Origin: Candidatus Kapaibacteriota bacterium
GTDB taxonomy: Bacteria > Bacteroidota > Ignavibacteria > Kapaibacteriales > UBA961
Direction: 5' to 3'
Assembly (NCBI GenBank): GCA_049426725.1
Contig: JBMSYN010000003.1
Coordinates: 42,066 to 106,065, forward strand
Length of the DNA stretch: 64,000 nucleotides
The stretch's first letter is position 1; each line of letters begins with the position of its first letter. Below the pieces are notes generated by a model that searched no databases, had not been told where the DNA came from, and worked only from the letters and a program-made list of their open reading frames with translations. Shown piece after piece: positions 1 through 9,497 of this stretch. The position numbers were made by a program, and so were the translations under genes.

Positions 1-725
1 GTATACTTGATTTGAATGCTCCACAAAGGCTTGGTCCGGCAGTCAGGCCTCTCTTTGAAGCATTTTCCGGCTTTACTTTTGTCTTTGATCATCATGTTGA
101 ACCAGTGATTGAAGTCGATTCACTTTCCGTCATCATAGAAGCTTCATCAACTTGTGAAATCATAGCAAGATTGGCATTGACATCAAGTCTTGGTATTTCC
201 AACGATGCTGCACAATGTTTATATACCGGAATCATGACTGATACAGGTGGATTCAGGCATTCGAGAACAAATGCTGATGTGATGAGATTGGCTGCAACAT
301 TGATTGACTGTGGAGCTGATCCTGTCATGATTTATGATAAAGTCATGAATGCGCAGTCTTTTTCTTCCATGACATTACTTGGCAAAGCATTAAGCAGTTT
401 GCAAGTCGAACATGATGGGGCACTTGTTCTTATGATCATGAGAAAGGAGGATTTGCACGGATATTTTTCCGAGGATTTGGAAGGATTCGTCAATTATACG
501 CTGAGCATATCGGGAGCAAAAATAGGGGGCTTGATTACGGAATGGGCTGATGAAACAGTTAAAATGTCGCTCAGAGCCAAACCTCAATATGAAGTTCGAT
601 CAATCACGGAGCACTTTGGCGGGGGAGGACACATGCAAGCCGCCGGTGCTAGAGTGAAGCACGGTAATCTCCCGGAAATTGTTCAAACAATCATCAACCT
701 TGCCGGAGAAGCCATCAATAGATAG
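1..725 (+). CDS. DHH-family phosphoesterase (NrnA-like oligoribonuclease/pAp phosphatase), 5-prime partial
   Basis: Reading frame is open to the window edge (ORF track starts at a TTG at 12 but upstream codons have no stop). C-terminal DHHA1-like region with GGGH motif (HFGGGGHMQAAG). Confidence 0.6.
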   Translation, partial: ILDLNAPQRLGPAVRPLFEAFSGFTFVFDHHVEPVIEVDSLSVIIEASSTCEIIARLALTSSLGISNDAAQCLYTGIMTDTGGFRHSRTNADVMRLAATLIDCGADPVMIYDKVMNAQSFSSMTLLGKALSSLQVEHDGALVLMIMRKEDLHGYFSEDLEGFVNYTLSISGAKIGGLITEWADETVKMSLRAKPQYEVRSITEHFGGGGHMQAAGARVKHGNLPEIVQTIINLAGEAINR

Positions 726-1479
726 GCATTAACTCAACCCAAATTGTATCGCCTGCTTTTAGCTTGGAGTTCGTACGACCATAATCCGGGCGGATAACCG
801 GATCGGTGTCCGGCGCGAATGTCTCTAGCATTTCTGGATTTGCGATGATTAAGATCAATTCATTTTGAAAAGCTCGATTTCGAGCATCACTAAGTGTGAT
901 ATCACCTTCAAATAATGACAATTCAATTCCTGGTGCTACTTGATTCACCCTTAATCTAATTGTTGAGCCATATGGTACATACCCGGTTGTTAGAGATGGA
1001 GATTGACCTAAGACGATTCCATCTGGCTTGTCTTCAACTTCTTCATATTCTATGTCGCCAACATTAAAACCAAGACGCATAATTTCAAGCCAAGCATCCC
1101 TTTCATATTTTCCAATGACATAAGGAATTCTCACTTTTTCAATTCCACGACTTATCGTTATGTATAATCTTCTTCCTTCACGAACTTCGGATCCGGCGAA
1201 GGGCAATTGACTGATGATTCTCCCTTTGGGGACAGTCTCACTATACACCTCTCTTACTTCAGCTACGCGAAGTTTTGAGCCCTTGATGATGTCATCTGCC
1301 TTTGTAAGTGTCAATCCCGTTATATTTGGAACTTTCACAACAGCTATGGAATGAACATACGGTGGCATCACGCAGGAATCAATGAGCCAAAGTATGAGAA
1401 ACAGAATAACGAGGATGACGGCAATAGTTTTGGAAAACTGCTTAATCCCTAAGCGCTGTTCAAAAAATTCTTTCATCAT
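715..1479 (-). CDS. PASTA-domain membrane protein
   Basis: N-terminal TM helix (IAVILVILFLILWLI) followed by repeated PASTA-like modules (VPNITGLTLTKADDIIKGSKL..., VIGKYERDAWLEIMRLGFNVGDIEYEEV...). Confidence 0.5.
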   Translation of the reverse strand: MMKEFFEQRLGIKQFSKTIAVILVILFLILWLIDSCVMPPYVHSIAVVKVPNITGLTLTKADDIIKGSKLRVAEVREVYSETVPKGRIISQLPFAGSEVREGRRLYITISRGIEKVRIPYVIGKYERDAWLEIMRLGFNVGDIEYEEVEDKPDGIVLGQSPSLTTGYVPYGSTIRLRVNQVAPGIELSLFEGDITLSDARNRAFQNELILIIANPEMLETFAPDTDPVIRPDYGRTNSKLKAGDTIWVELMPIY

Positions 1480-1496
1480 GAAAAACCTAAAACCCT

Positions 1497-2396
1497 ATGC
1501 TAAACACGCTGCAAAATAGCAAAAACCTCTTTCTTGCCCTAATTTCACTGCAACTCATCATGTTTATTGAAGTTTCTGCAGAGGCATGGCCAAGAGCCAA
1601 AGGGAAAGGCTTTATCCAATGTGGGATTGGCTCGATGTCCGGCTCCAGTTTTTTTGAGACTGATGGCCTCAGAACAAGTGGTTTATATGACAGCGTGGCT
1701 TTGAGCACCTATACATTCGATTTTTACGGGACTCTGATGACTTTGTCAGGAGAATATGGTTTGACCGATGATTTGACGGTTTTTGCCTCTATACCATTCG
1801 GTTCGTATACGTTGATTGAGAAATTTGTGACTGATTCCATTGGAAATAGACCCATCAGAAATGAATTGAGCCGAACATTGCTTTCATGGTTTTCAGTGGG
1901 ATCAAGATATAGATTGTATTCCGGATTATTGACCGCGACCATAAGCGGTGAATTGCGATTACCACCATTTCAGGGATTTCCCAATGATCCATCTCAAGAA
2001 TTTCTTGGTGGTGGCTCAAATGAAGGCATTATTGGTCTTCACATTGGTATTCCTTTTGAAAAAAGTTGGATTGAATTGAAAGGTGCATTATCGCTTCGCG
2101 ATCAATATTGGAATGATCGTTTTTTTGTGCATGGCGAAGCAGGGTTTTCTTCAGTTGAAAGAACAGCATTAAAATTCTTTGTTGATTTGAATCAACCACT
2201 TGGCGCTTTGAGAGATGTACCAACATTTGATGTCAGAAGAATTCATCCTGCAGAGTTTTTTGCCTCCACAGGTGCATCGTTTACGATTGCATTCCCCGAT
2301 GGATTATCTCTTGAAGCCATGTATAATCTTCGGATACTTGGCTCAACAGCATGGAGTTTGGGAACAGTCATCCTTAGTGCAGGGTATGCATTCTGA
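1497..2396 (+). CDS. hypothetical outer-membrane beta-barrel protein
   Basis: Signal-peptide-like N-terminus, alternating hydrophobic beta-strand pattern, terminal aromatic residue (..AGYAF). Confidence 0.4.
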   Translation: MLNTLQNSKNLFLALISLQLIMFIEVSAEAWPRAKGKGFIQCGIGSMSGSSFFETDGLRTSGLYDSVALSTYTFDFYGTLMTLSGEYGLTDDLTVFASIPFGSYTLIEKFVTDSIGNRPIRNELSRTLLSWFSVGSRYRLYSGLLTATISGELRLPPFQGFPNDPSQEFLGGGSNEGIIGLHIGIPFEKSWIELKGALSLRDQYWNDRFFVHGEAGFSSVERTALKFFVDLNQPLGALRDVPTFDVRRIHPAEFFASTGASFTIAFPDGLSLEAMYNLRILGSTAWSLGTVILSAGYAF

Positions 2397-2989
2397 TGCC
2401 AAATGCAATGGAACTCATAGGTTTTGCAACCGGTATTGCGGGAGTATATCTGACGATCCGAAGATCCCCATTTTGCTGGCCAATAGGAGCAATCAATGTA
2501 TTGCTTTATTGTTATTTGTTTTATAGTGAGAAACTCTATGCCGATGCACTTTTGCAAGTGGTGTTTTTTATCTTTACCCTTTATGGTTGGTTTCTTTGGA
2601 CACATAATGCCGAATCCTTTCACCCTGATGATTCACCGTTGAAAGTTTCAAAAAGTAGTCTGAAAGAGATCATGTTGGGCATCTCTTTGATTCTGCCATT
2701 GTCATTCATTCTTGGTTATGTGCTCCATCAATATACTGATGCTTCATTGCCATATTTCGATTCTCTCTTGGCAGTCATGAGCATGTGGGGACAATACCTT
2801 CAAACTAAAAAAAGGATTGAGCATTGGTATGTGTGGGTACTAGTCGATGCTTTGTACATCATTCTCTATATCATGAAGGATCTCATGCTCACTTCATTAC
2901 TGTATGCAGTGTTTTTGATTTTGGCAGTGCAGGGTATTATTGCATGGAGAAAAGTCTTAGGGTCTCCAACCAAAAACTTTGCGCAATAA
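2396..2989 (+). CDS. pnuC: nicotinamide riboside transporter PnuC-like
   Basis: 197 aa polytopic membrane protein. The ATG at 2396 overlaps the preceding stop. Sequence resembles the PnuC family (IAGVYLTIRRSPFCWPIGAINVLLY..., W-rich helices). Confidence 0.45.
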   Translation: MPNAMELIGFATGIAGVYLTIRRSPFCWPIGAINVLLYCYLFYSEKLYADALLQVVFFIFTLYGWFLWTHNAESFHPDDSPLKVSKSSLKEIMLGISLILPLSFILGYVLHQYTDASLPYFDSLLAVMSMWGQYLQTKKRIEHWYVWVLVDALYIILYIMKDLMLTSLLYAVFLILAVQGIIAWRKVLGSPTKNFAQ

Positions 2990-3706
2990 TGCAGATGCTT
3001 GACCAAGAGGATCTTTTCTAATCGATTTTTCTTCATTTGCAATCGTAAAGAATAAACCTTCCAATGCTTTTTCGGTGACATATTGTGTGAGATCGGGATT
3101 GATTCTTTGTACAAAAGGAATTTTGTTATACGCATTCATCACAGTTGACCAATGCTTTGTTGCATCAACTTTATCTAATGATCCTTCAATGACAGGTCTG
3201 AATGCTGCTGTCAATGCATTGGTGGTAGTTTTCTGAAGAAAGCGAGTACCGGCGATGCTATCTCCTTTTACGATTCCAATCGCATCTTGAAAAGTCATGC
3301 CTTTTATGGCATCAACAAAAATTGGCAATGCTTTTGTTGCGGCATCTTCAGCGGCGCGATTAAGTGACAAAACGGCATCATCAACGGTTTTTCCCATTCC
3401 AATCTTTCGAAGTGAACTTTCGATTTGCTTTGCTTCCTGAGGAAAGGGGATTCTAATCAATTGATTGCCAAAATATCCATCCGGTTTTGAAAGTGTTTCC
3501 GTTCCTTTGGTAATTCCATTCTGCAAAGCTTCCTTTAATGCAGAAACCGCTTCTTGCTCGGTGAATCCTCCTGCTTGCTTATCACCCTGAAGTATTCCTT
3601 TCGCCTTATTTTTCAAAGATTCAAATAATTGTGCTTGAGATACTTGAGTGGTGAGTCCAAAGACAACAAATATCATCAAAAGTGGTAGTTTGCGACTATG
3701 TTTCAT
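2957..3706 (-). CDS. DUF4197-family secreted protein
   Basis: Likely start is MKHSRKLPLL at 3706, which gives a signal peptide ending AQA-QLF. Overall similarity to the Bacteroidetes DUF4197 family. Confidence 0.5.
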   Translation of the reverse strand: MKHSRKLPLLMIFVVFGLTTQVSQAQLFESLKNKAKGILQGDKQAGGFTEQEAVSALKEALQNGITKGTETLSKPDGYFGNQLIRIPFPQEAKQIESSLRKIGMGKTVDDAVLSLNRAAEDAATKALPIFVDAIKGMTFQDAIGIVKGDSIAGTRFLQKTTTNALTAAFRPVIEGSLDKVDATKHWSTVMNAYNKIPFVQRINPDLTQYVTEKALEGLFFTIANEEKSIRKDPLGQASALLRKVFGWRP

Positions 3707-3745
3707 GAAGTAGCCCTTTGTGGTGTACAGAATTTCCGTAAATCT

Positions 3746-4186
3746 ATGAATATGTATGAACATTTGAAAGGAAAGAGATTGCTCGCCTTAGACATGGGCA
3801 AAAAAAGGATAGGGCTTGCCGTCTGTGACATACTCCATGTCACGACCACACCTCTTCTTACCTTGGAACGGAACTCTGAAGTCAAACAAACTATTCTACG
3901 CATCATCGAAGATGAACATATTGGTGCTGTGATCATTGGCTTTCCTCGTGAAGCAGCCGGTCAATCAAATGCAATCATCAAAGACATCAGAGACATGGAA
4001 CAATTTCTTCATTCACAACTACCGATTGAAGTAATACTTCATGATGAATCCTATAGTTCAAAAGATGCAGTCTCTCATTTGATTACTTCGGGTCGATCCC
4101 AAAAATATCGAAGAGATAAATCATCCATAGACAAAACAGCAGCTGCAATCATTCTCCGTTCTTTTCTTGATGAACATGATATCTAA
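3746..4186 (+). CDS. ruvX: Holliday junction resolvase-like RuvX/YqgF
   Basis: ATG at 3746. Motif LLALDMGKKRIGLAVCD... typical of YqgF/RuvX. About 147 aa. Confidence 0.75.
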   Translation: MNMYEHLKGKRLLALDMGKKRIGLAVCDILHVTTTPLLTLERNSEVKQTILRIIEDEHIGAVIIGFPREAAGQSNAIIKDIRDMEQFLHSQLPIEVILHDESYSSKDAVSHLITSGRSQKYRRDKSSIDKTAAAIILRSFLDEHDI

Positions 4187-5525
4187 TTTGTTTGTGTTTG
4201 CATTTCCCTTATTGCTTGTACTCACTTCATTTCATGGATTGATTGCACAAGTGCAAAAAAATGGAAGCTCACTCTATCCCACATTGGATTCTCCCAGAGA
4301 GCCATTGTATTCAGAATTACGCGCTCTTCCTCATAAGTCATCTGATTCCATGATGATTCTTGCCTTGTTTCGGATTCAATATGATGTTTTGGTATTCGAA
4401 AAAAGCAATTCATTCAGAGGAGAATTTGTTGCAATGCCTTCATTGGAAATTGAATTGAAAGACACTAATGGGATAATCCGCGGAAGAGTACAATGGAAGG
4501 ATTCGGTATTTGCCAAAACATTCGAGCAAAGTAATGATGAATCAATGTATGCATTCGGCATGCGTTCACTCATTCTTCAAAACAATCACTATGTGGCCAC
4601 ACTCTCACTTACAGACAAAGGACGTGTGATAAAAAAGATGCGACTACCAACATTGGCTGTTCGTGAGATAGGTCAACCTTTTTTTACCTCCGGAAATCCA
4701 TTCTCTGATGCTTTCACGCCGGATATTTTCAATGGGAATATTCCATTTTCTCAATTCAGACAATATGCTATTTTCCCCATGTCATCAGATATTTCCATTG
4801 CATCAGCTTCTTTGAACAGACAAAGAGCCAATGAAGAATATGCCAAACATGTGAAACCTGCCACCGCAACCAAGACTGAATTGCGGAAAGATGTTTTTAT
4901 CATGCCCGAACACATGGAAGAGTCAGCATCTGCCAGACCTTTCCCATTATTGATCAATGAAGTGGAAGGTATGAATGTATTGATTGTACAATTTCCGGAT
5001 AATGTCATTGCTCCTGGTAGATATTCCATTGTCTTGCAACATGCGGTTAAAAAGGGAAAGAAAGACAGTACGCGATTTGATTTTACTTGTCAATGGGAAG
5101 AAATGCCTAAAACACTGATTAGTGCTGAATATGCCAGACAAGTAATGAGATATCTTTTGACCGATGATGAATTCGATAAATTATCAGCAAATAATGATGT
5201 GGACATTCGAAGAAATATCATCGATTGGTGGAAAAGAAATGATCCCACCCCAACAACCATCTATGATGAACCGATGGCAGAATATTTTAGAAGGGCTGAT
5301 AGAGCATTCACCGAATTTCAAACTATGTCAGAAGCCGATGGCAATATGACTCAAAGAGGGAAGATTGCTTTGCTTTACGGATTCCCCAAAAAAAGAGATA
5401 CGGAAATTCCTGCTCAAGGTGTCAAAAAAGAAATTTGGACTTATCCCTCTCCCATTAACAAACGCTTCACATTTGTCCAGCAATCAGGCAAGAACTTTGC
5501 CCTGATCACGATTGAAGATTTGTAA
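4167..5525 (+). CDS. GWxTD-domain secreted protein
   Basis: Signal peptide present. C-terminal region contains DWWKRNDPTPTT and EYFRRADRAF, characteristic of the GWxTD domain family found in Ignavibacteria/Bacteroidetes. 5-prime end overlaps ruvX by 20 nt. Confidence 0.55.
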   Translation: MMNMISNLFVFAFPLLLVLTSFHGLIAQVQKNGSSLYPTLDSPREPLYSELRALPHKSSDSMMILALFRIQYDVLVFEKSNSFRGEFVAMPSLEIELKDTNGIIRGRVQWKDSVFAKTFEQSNDESMYAFGMRSLILQNNHYVATLSLTDKGRVIKKMRLPTLAVREIGQPFFTSGNPFSDAFTPDIFNGNIPFSQFRQYAIFPMSSDISIASASLNRQRANEEYAKHVKPATATKTELRKDVFIMPEHMEESASARPFPLLINEVEGMNVLIVQFPDNVIAPGRYSIVLQHAVKKGKKDSTRFDFTCQWEEMPKTLISAEYARQVMRYLLTDDEFDKLSANNDVDIRRNIIDWWKRNDPTPTTIYDEPMAEYFRRADRAFTEFQTMSEADGNMTQRGKIALLYGFPKKRDTEIPAQGVKKEIWTYPSPINKRFTFVQQSGKNFALITIEDL

Positions 5526-6887
5526 TGTTCCATTGTATTCCAAAAAGTATGTAATTCCCATCAATAGCCACAATATCCCTTCAAATATTAAAGATTCTTG
5601 AGCAGGTTCAATTGCATACATGGCATATGTCAATATCATGATGCAAGCAATAAGCGGGAGACTTCTGAATCCATGTATGCTTCCAATGAATATGATCGGT
5701 ATGAAATACCATGCATGCACTTTGGGTGAAATGAATACTGTTATGAGCAATACAAGATAAAGGGAAAGTGTCAATGCATGATTTCTCACTTTCCCAAGTA
5801 TACTCATTCCTATAATTGAAAATGCTCTGAGTGTTGACACTGCTTTTGGTGCCATCAACCACCATTCATTGAAGGATAATGTTTCAAACAGCCATCGAAA
5901 CAGATATAAAACCATCCCATTGAAATAGGTGCCATTGTAAAAAGATAATACCGAGGCATATCCAATGACTGCTGAAAAATCTCCTATAATTATTCCGGAA
6001 AACCATGGCATTGCAGAGACAATGATTGTAAGTAAGCATGCTGATAAAGCCGTGATCGACTGTTTGAATGTCATTGTTTGTATCATGATCGGAATCAATA
6101 ATACTATAGGATAGAGTTTTATAAGCCCGGCGAAAGCACAGAGAGTCCCAATCATGAAGACATATGCATTTCCTTTCGCATGCTTTATAACAGTCAATAT
6201 TCCTGCTAGTATGGGAATCAACAATAATTCATTGTGTGCTTGACCAATCCCTTCCAGGGCAGTTAATGGAATAGCCAAATACAAGAAAATTGGGAACAGA
6301 GATTGTCCGCTTTTTTTCAGCATCACATAGAGTATCCATAAACCAAACCCTTCGCATATCAATAGAAGAGTTTTCCATATCCATAATGAAGTGAAAAGTG
6401 AAGAAGGGAATGCTGAAGTTATCCATGCAGATAAAGTCATGAACATTGTTGCAATCGGAGGATAAATATTGTGATATGGCTGAAAAGCCATCAAATCAAA
6501 AGCAGAATCTCTGAGATGAAACAGGGAAGGATGATCAGCAGTGATTGCATAAAGATTTGCGCCGTGAAGTGTTGCTTTCCCATAAAACAGATATCCAAAA
6601 ACATCATCCGAGAGCCATGGATACATCCCAAACACAGCGAATCTTGTGAGAATAAATATGAGTGCTATTGTTGTGGGACGTGGAGCTTCGGAATAGTGTC
6701 GTAAGAGAATTATTCCACTAAGAGCATGGAAGGTGTGTAGAATCAACAATAATTGGGTATTCTCTGCATTGCGAATGGCTGGGATGAGAGGATACAAAAA
6801 AAATCCCGACACATACACAATAAGTGCGAGATGTCGGGATCTGAATGTATCGATTGTCTTACTGAACATTGAGTAATTCAACTTCAA
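5484..6887 (-). CDS. polytopic membrane protein, putative GT-C-fold glycosyltransferase (DUF2029/PMT-like)
   Basis: 467 aa with more than 10 predicted TM helices and no soluble domain. Topology resembles polyprenol-phosphate-dependent glycosyltransferases. Confidence 0.4.
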   Translation of the reverse strand: MKLNYSMFSKTIDTFRSRHLALIVYVSGFFLYPLIPAIRNAENTQLLLILHTFHALSGIILLRHYSEAPRPTTIALIFILTRFAVFGMYPWLSDDVFGYLFYGKATLHGANLYAITADHPSLFHLRDSAFDLMAFQPYHNIYPPIATMFMTLSAWITSAFPSSLFTSLWIWKTLLLICEGFGLWILYVMLKKSGQSLFPIFLYLAIPLTALEGIGQAHNELLLIPILAGILTVIKHAKGNAYVFMIGTLCAFAGLIKLYPIVLLIPIMIQTMTFKQSITALSACLLTIIVSAMPWFSGIIIGDFSAVIGYASVLSFYNGTYFNGMVLYLFRWLFETLSFNEWWLMAPKAVSTLRAFSIIGMSILGKVRNHALTLSLYLVLLITVFISPKVHAWYFIPIIFIGSIHGFRSLPLIACIMILTYAMYAIEPAQESLIFEGILWLLMGITYFLEYNGTLQIFNRDQGKVLA

Positions 6888-7272
6888 AATTCAATATTGA
6901 ATTTGCAGGAATGTCGCCTACGGCTCTTGAGCCATAACCAAGTTCCGGTGGAATCTGCAGGATGCGCTTCCCACCAACTTTCATGGTGGAAACTCCCAAA
7001 TCCCATCCTTTTATCACTTCGCCCACTCCAATCGTAAATGTGAATGGTTGCTTGCGATCTCGTGATGAATCAAATTGTTTGCCATTTGTCAAAGTACCAA
7101 CATAATGTACGGTAACTTTGCTTGCAAATGTAGGCTGAGCACCATTGCCCATAACAATATCTGTGATTTTTAAATTGGGATATTTTGCCGGATCTTCAAG
7201 TGTGATTGGTTGCGAGGGTTCGCATGCAATGAAGAGAACCGAACAAAGAATCATGAGAAAAACTGTTTTCAT
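6859..7272 (-). CDS. FKBP-type peptidyl-prolyl cis-trans isomerase (lipoprotein)
   Basis: ATG at 7272 gives MKTVFLMILCSVLFIAC (lipoprotein signal). FKBP core present (VTVHYVGTLTNGKQFDSSRDRKQPFTFTIGVGEVIKGWDLGV...LNFEVELL). Confidence 0.8.
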   Translation of the reverse strand: MKTVFLMILCSVLFIACEPSQPITLEDPAKYPNLKITDIVMGNGAQPTFASKVTVHYVGTLTNGKQFDSSRDRKQPFTFTIGVGEVIKGWDLGVSTMKVGGKRILQIPPELGYGSRAVGDIPANSILNFEVELLNVQ

Positions 7273-7331
7273 TTTACACCAATAAAAAAGCCTGCTTCCA
7301 CAGTAGAAACAGGCCAATTTGAAAAGCTTCA

Positions 7332-7853
7332 TTAATCTATGAGAACTGTGCCATCAACCTCAATGTCTTTTCGAGAATCAATGATCATTGGCTTCGTATT
7401 CTCAATTTTCTCTTGAATTGTCATCAGTGCTTTGAGCAAAGCTTCAGGGCGTGGAGGACAACCAGACACATAAGCATCAACGGGAATGAACTGGTCAATT
7501 CCTTGAACAACTGAATAGCTTCTGAACATTCCGCCGGAAGAAGCGCATACTCCCATGGAAATGCACCATTTTGGTTCGGGCATTTGATCCCAAATTTTTC
7601 TTACCACCCAACTCATTTTATATGTTACAGTCCCTGCAACGATGAGAAGATCTGATTGACGTGGGGTGAATCCAAATTTTTCAGAGCCAAAACGAGCACT
7701 GTCAAAACGAGGTCCTGCAAATGCCATCATTTCAATGGCGCAACAAGAAATACCCATGGGCATTGGCCAAAGTGAATTTCTTTGTGCCCAACTAATTGCA
7801 GCATCAACAGTGGTTGTCAAAAAACCATCTTTTGTCAATTGATCTATTGCCAT
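7332..7853 (-). CDS. nuoB: NADH-quinone oxidoreductase subunit B
   Basis: MAIDQL start at 7853. Conserved NuoB motifs ([24 protein letters not shown] Fe-S cysteines). Confidence 0.85.
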   Translation of the reverse strand: MAIDQLTKDGFLTTTVDAAISWAQRNSLWPMPMGISCCAIEMMAFAGPRFDSARFGSEKFGFTPRQSDLLIVAGTVTYKMSWVVRKIWDQMPEPKWCISMGVCASSGGMFRSYSVVQGIDQFIPVDAYVSGCPPRPEALLKALMTIQEKIENTKPMIIDSRKDIEVDGTVLID

Positions 7854-8203
7854 TCCAATGCTCCTTTTTTCAACACATAAATATAACCGGCAAAAAGCAA
7901 TACCATAAACAATGCCATGGCTACTAGCCCTACCATACCCAGAGCTTGAAATTGAATTGCCCAAGGGTACATGAACACAATTTCAATGTCGAAAAGAATG
8001 AACAGCATGGCAACAAGATAAAATTTCACGGAGAATCTCTCTCTCGCACTCTTGATTGGTTCCATGCCGCATTCATATACACTGAGTTTCTCTTTTGATT
8101 TATTCTTTCGAGGACCAACAAATTCTGCGATCAGAATATTGGTCAACCCGAAAATGAAGCCAACGGCTATCATCAAAAAGAGAGGGAGATATGTTTCAAA
8201 CAT
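7844..8203 (-). CDS. nuoA: NADH-quinone oxidoreductase subunit A
   Basis: 119 aa with 3 TM helices. Motif VYECGMEP...[12 protein letters not shown] typical of NuoA. Overlaps the nuoB start by 10 nt. Confidence 0.8.
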   Translation of the reverse strand: MFETYLPLFLMIAVGFIFGLTNILIAEFVGPRKNKSKEKLSVYECGMEPIKSARERFSVKFYLVAMLFILFDIEIVFMYPWAIQFQALGMVGLVAMALFMVLLFAGYIYVLKKGALEWQ

Positions 8204-8279
8204 AGCGGTATTCCAGTTTATACGATAACTTGGGCAAAGTTAGGTATTTTTCGCCTTCTTGCAAACTCAAAACAGTTGA

Positions 8280-9497
8280 TCAACTCAAGAATGTTCCCTT
8301 CTTCTTTGGTTTAGACCTCAATACCTTGAAAATGGGGAAAAGTAGGACAATTTGGAGCCATTCCACATCCAATTTGAAGCGAATATTTGCTGCTTGAGTA
8401 AGTGCATAAATGAGGGATACATAGATGAGAGTTCCTGCCATGATCCACAATAAATGCCCATGTTCCGAAAATGCTTCACTGCGAAATATGAGGAGCAGGA
8501 TTGCAATCAAAGTGGCAATGAGTAATGTCGTTTGGGGGATGATGCGAGAAATGAGAATTCCACTTTCAAAAATACGGTCCGAATATCTATCAGGAATCAG
8601 CCAGAATTCTTTTACTCTATGCAGACACTCTCTAGCATATGTATCTGGGGATTGATTAATGCGCTTGCTGACTACTTGTTTGTAGAATTGTTCCATCTGC
8701 ACATCATTATGTGTTTTTCTGGCATTCTCAATGAATGCAATATCAGATTGAGATAGTGTTGGAGCCATTCCTTCATAGACATTCATCCACATTGGTGATT
8801 TCATAGGAATGAATTTCTGGAAAGTCAATGCATTGCGCAGTGACCATGGAGCAAATACAATGAATGCAGAAATGCAGAGAGCCAATAATGTCTTTTTCGA
8901 AAGCGGTCTTGCATATAGCAATTGCATTGCGAAGATTGCAGGAAGAAGTATTGGTTGACACAATCCAATGATGAATCCAAGAATCATGAGCCAATATTGA
9001 TGATGATTTTGCTTTCTATAGAATTCGCAACCATACCAATAGAATATCATGAGTGGAACTGTGAGTGTGGTTGATTCAATAACAAATGGATAATACAAGT
9101 ATGCAGGATGCAATGCAAAGATGAATCCTGAAAGGGTAGAAAATTTCTCACCGAAACGCAATGAACATGCACGCATGAATGCGAGCGCGGCAAAAAACCA
9201 GATGATATGTTGCGTAGCAGAAGCAATGCTTAAACCGAGATCACCAAATAGTGCAAAGGGAATGAGAAAAAAGGGATAGACCGGAGTTTTTAATGCTGTT
9301 GGTCCAAGCGATAAACTATATCCTTGACCACTCACGATATTGTTTGCGATATACCAATCTTCAATTGCATGTGGTGTGATTGGAAGAATGAATAGGAGTA
9401 AGACTTTTACGATTAACATCATGGCTGACACATACATCAACCATCGAAAAGAACGATTCTGATGAAAAAACTGTCGCAAGTCTTGAATCATCATCAC
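8280..9497 (-). CDS. GT-C-fold membrane glycosyltransferase-like protein (ArnT/PMT family-like)
   Basis: 405 aa polytopic membrane protein. Its stop overlaps the start of the upstream GT gene, placing it in the same operon as a GT-B enzyme and a FemAB-like enzyme. Confidence 0.4.
   Translation of the reverse strand: MMMIQDLRQFFHQNRSFRWLMYVSAMMLIVKVLLLFILPITPHAIEDWYIANNIVSGQGYSLSLGPTALKTPVYPFFLIPFALFGDLGLSIASATQHIIWFFAALAFMRACSLRFGEKFSTLSGFIFALHPAYLYYPFVIESTTLTVPLMIFYWYGCEFYRKQNHHQYWLMILGFIIGLCQPILLPAIFAMQLLYARPLSKKTLLALCISAFIVFAPWSLRNALTFQKFIPMKSPMWMNVYEGMAPTLSQSDIAFIENARKTHNDVQMEQFYKQVVSKRINQSPDTYARECLHRVKEFWLIPDRYSDRIFESGILISRIIPQTTLLIATLIAILLLIFRSEAFSEHGHLLWIMAGTLIYVSLIYALTQAANIRFKLDVEWLQIVLLFPIFKVLRSKPKKKGTFLS

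Noticed and set aside
2215-2623. ORFs 2215-2526(+) and 2243-2623(-)
   Set aside because: Overlap the better-supported OMP and pnuC reading frames, with no recognisable domains.
4222-5349. Several 60-90 aa ORFs on both strands
   Set aside because: All lie inside the GWxTD-protein reading frame, with no independent support.
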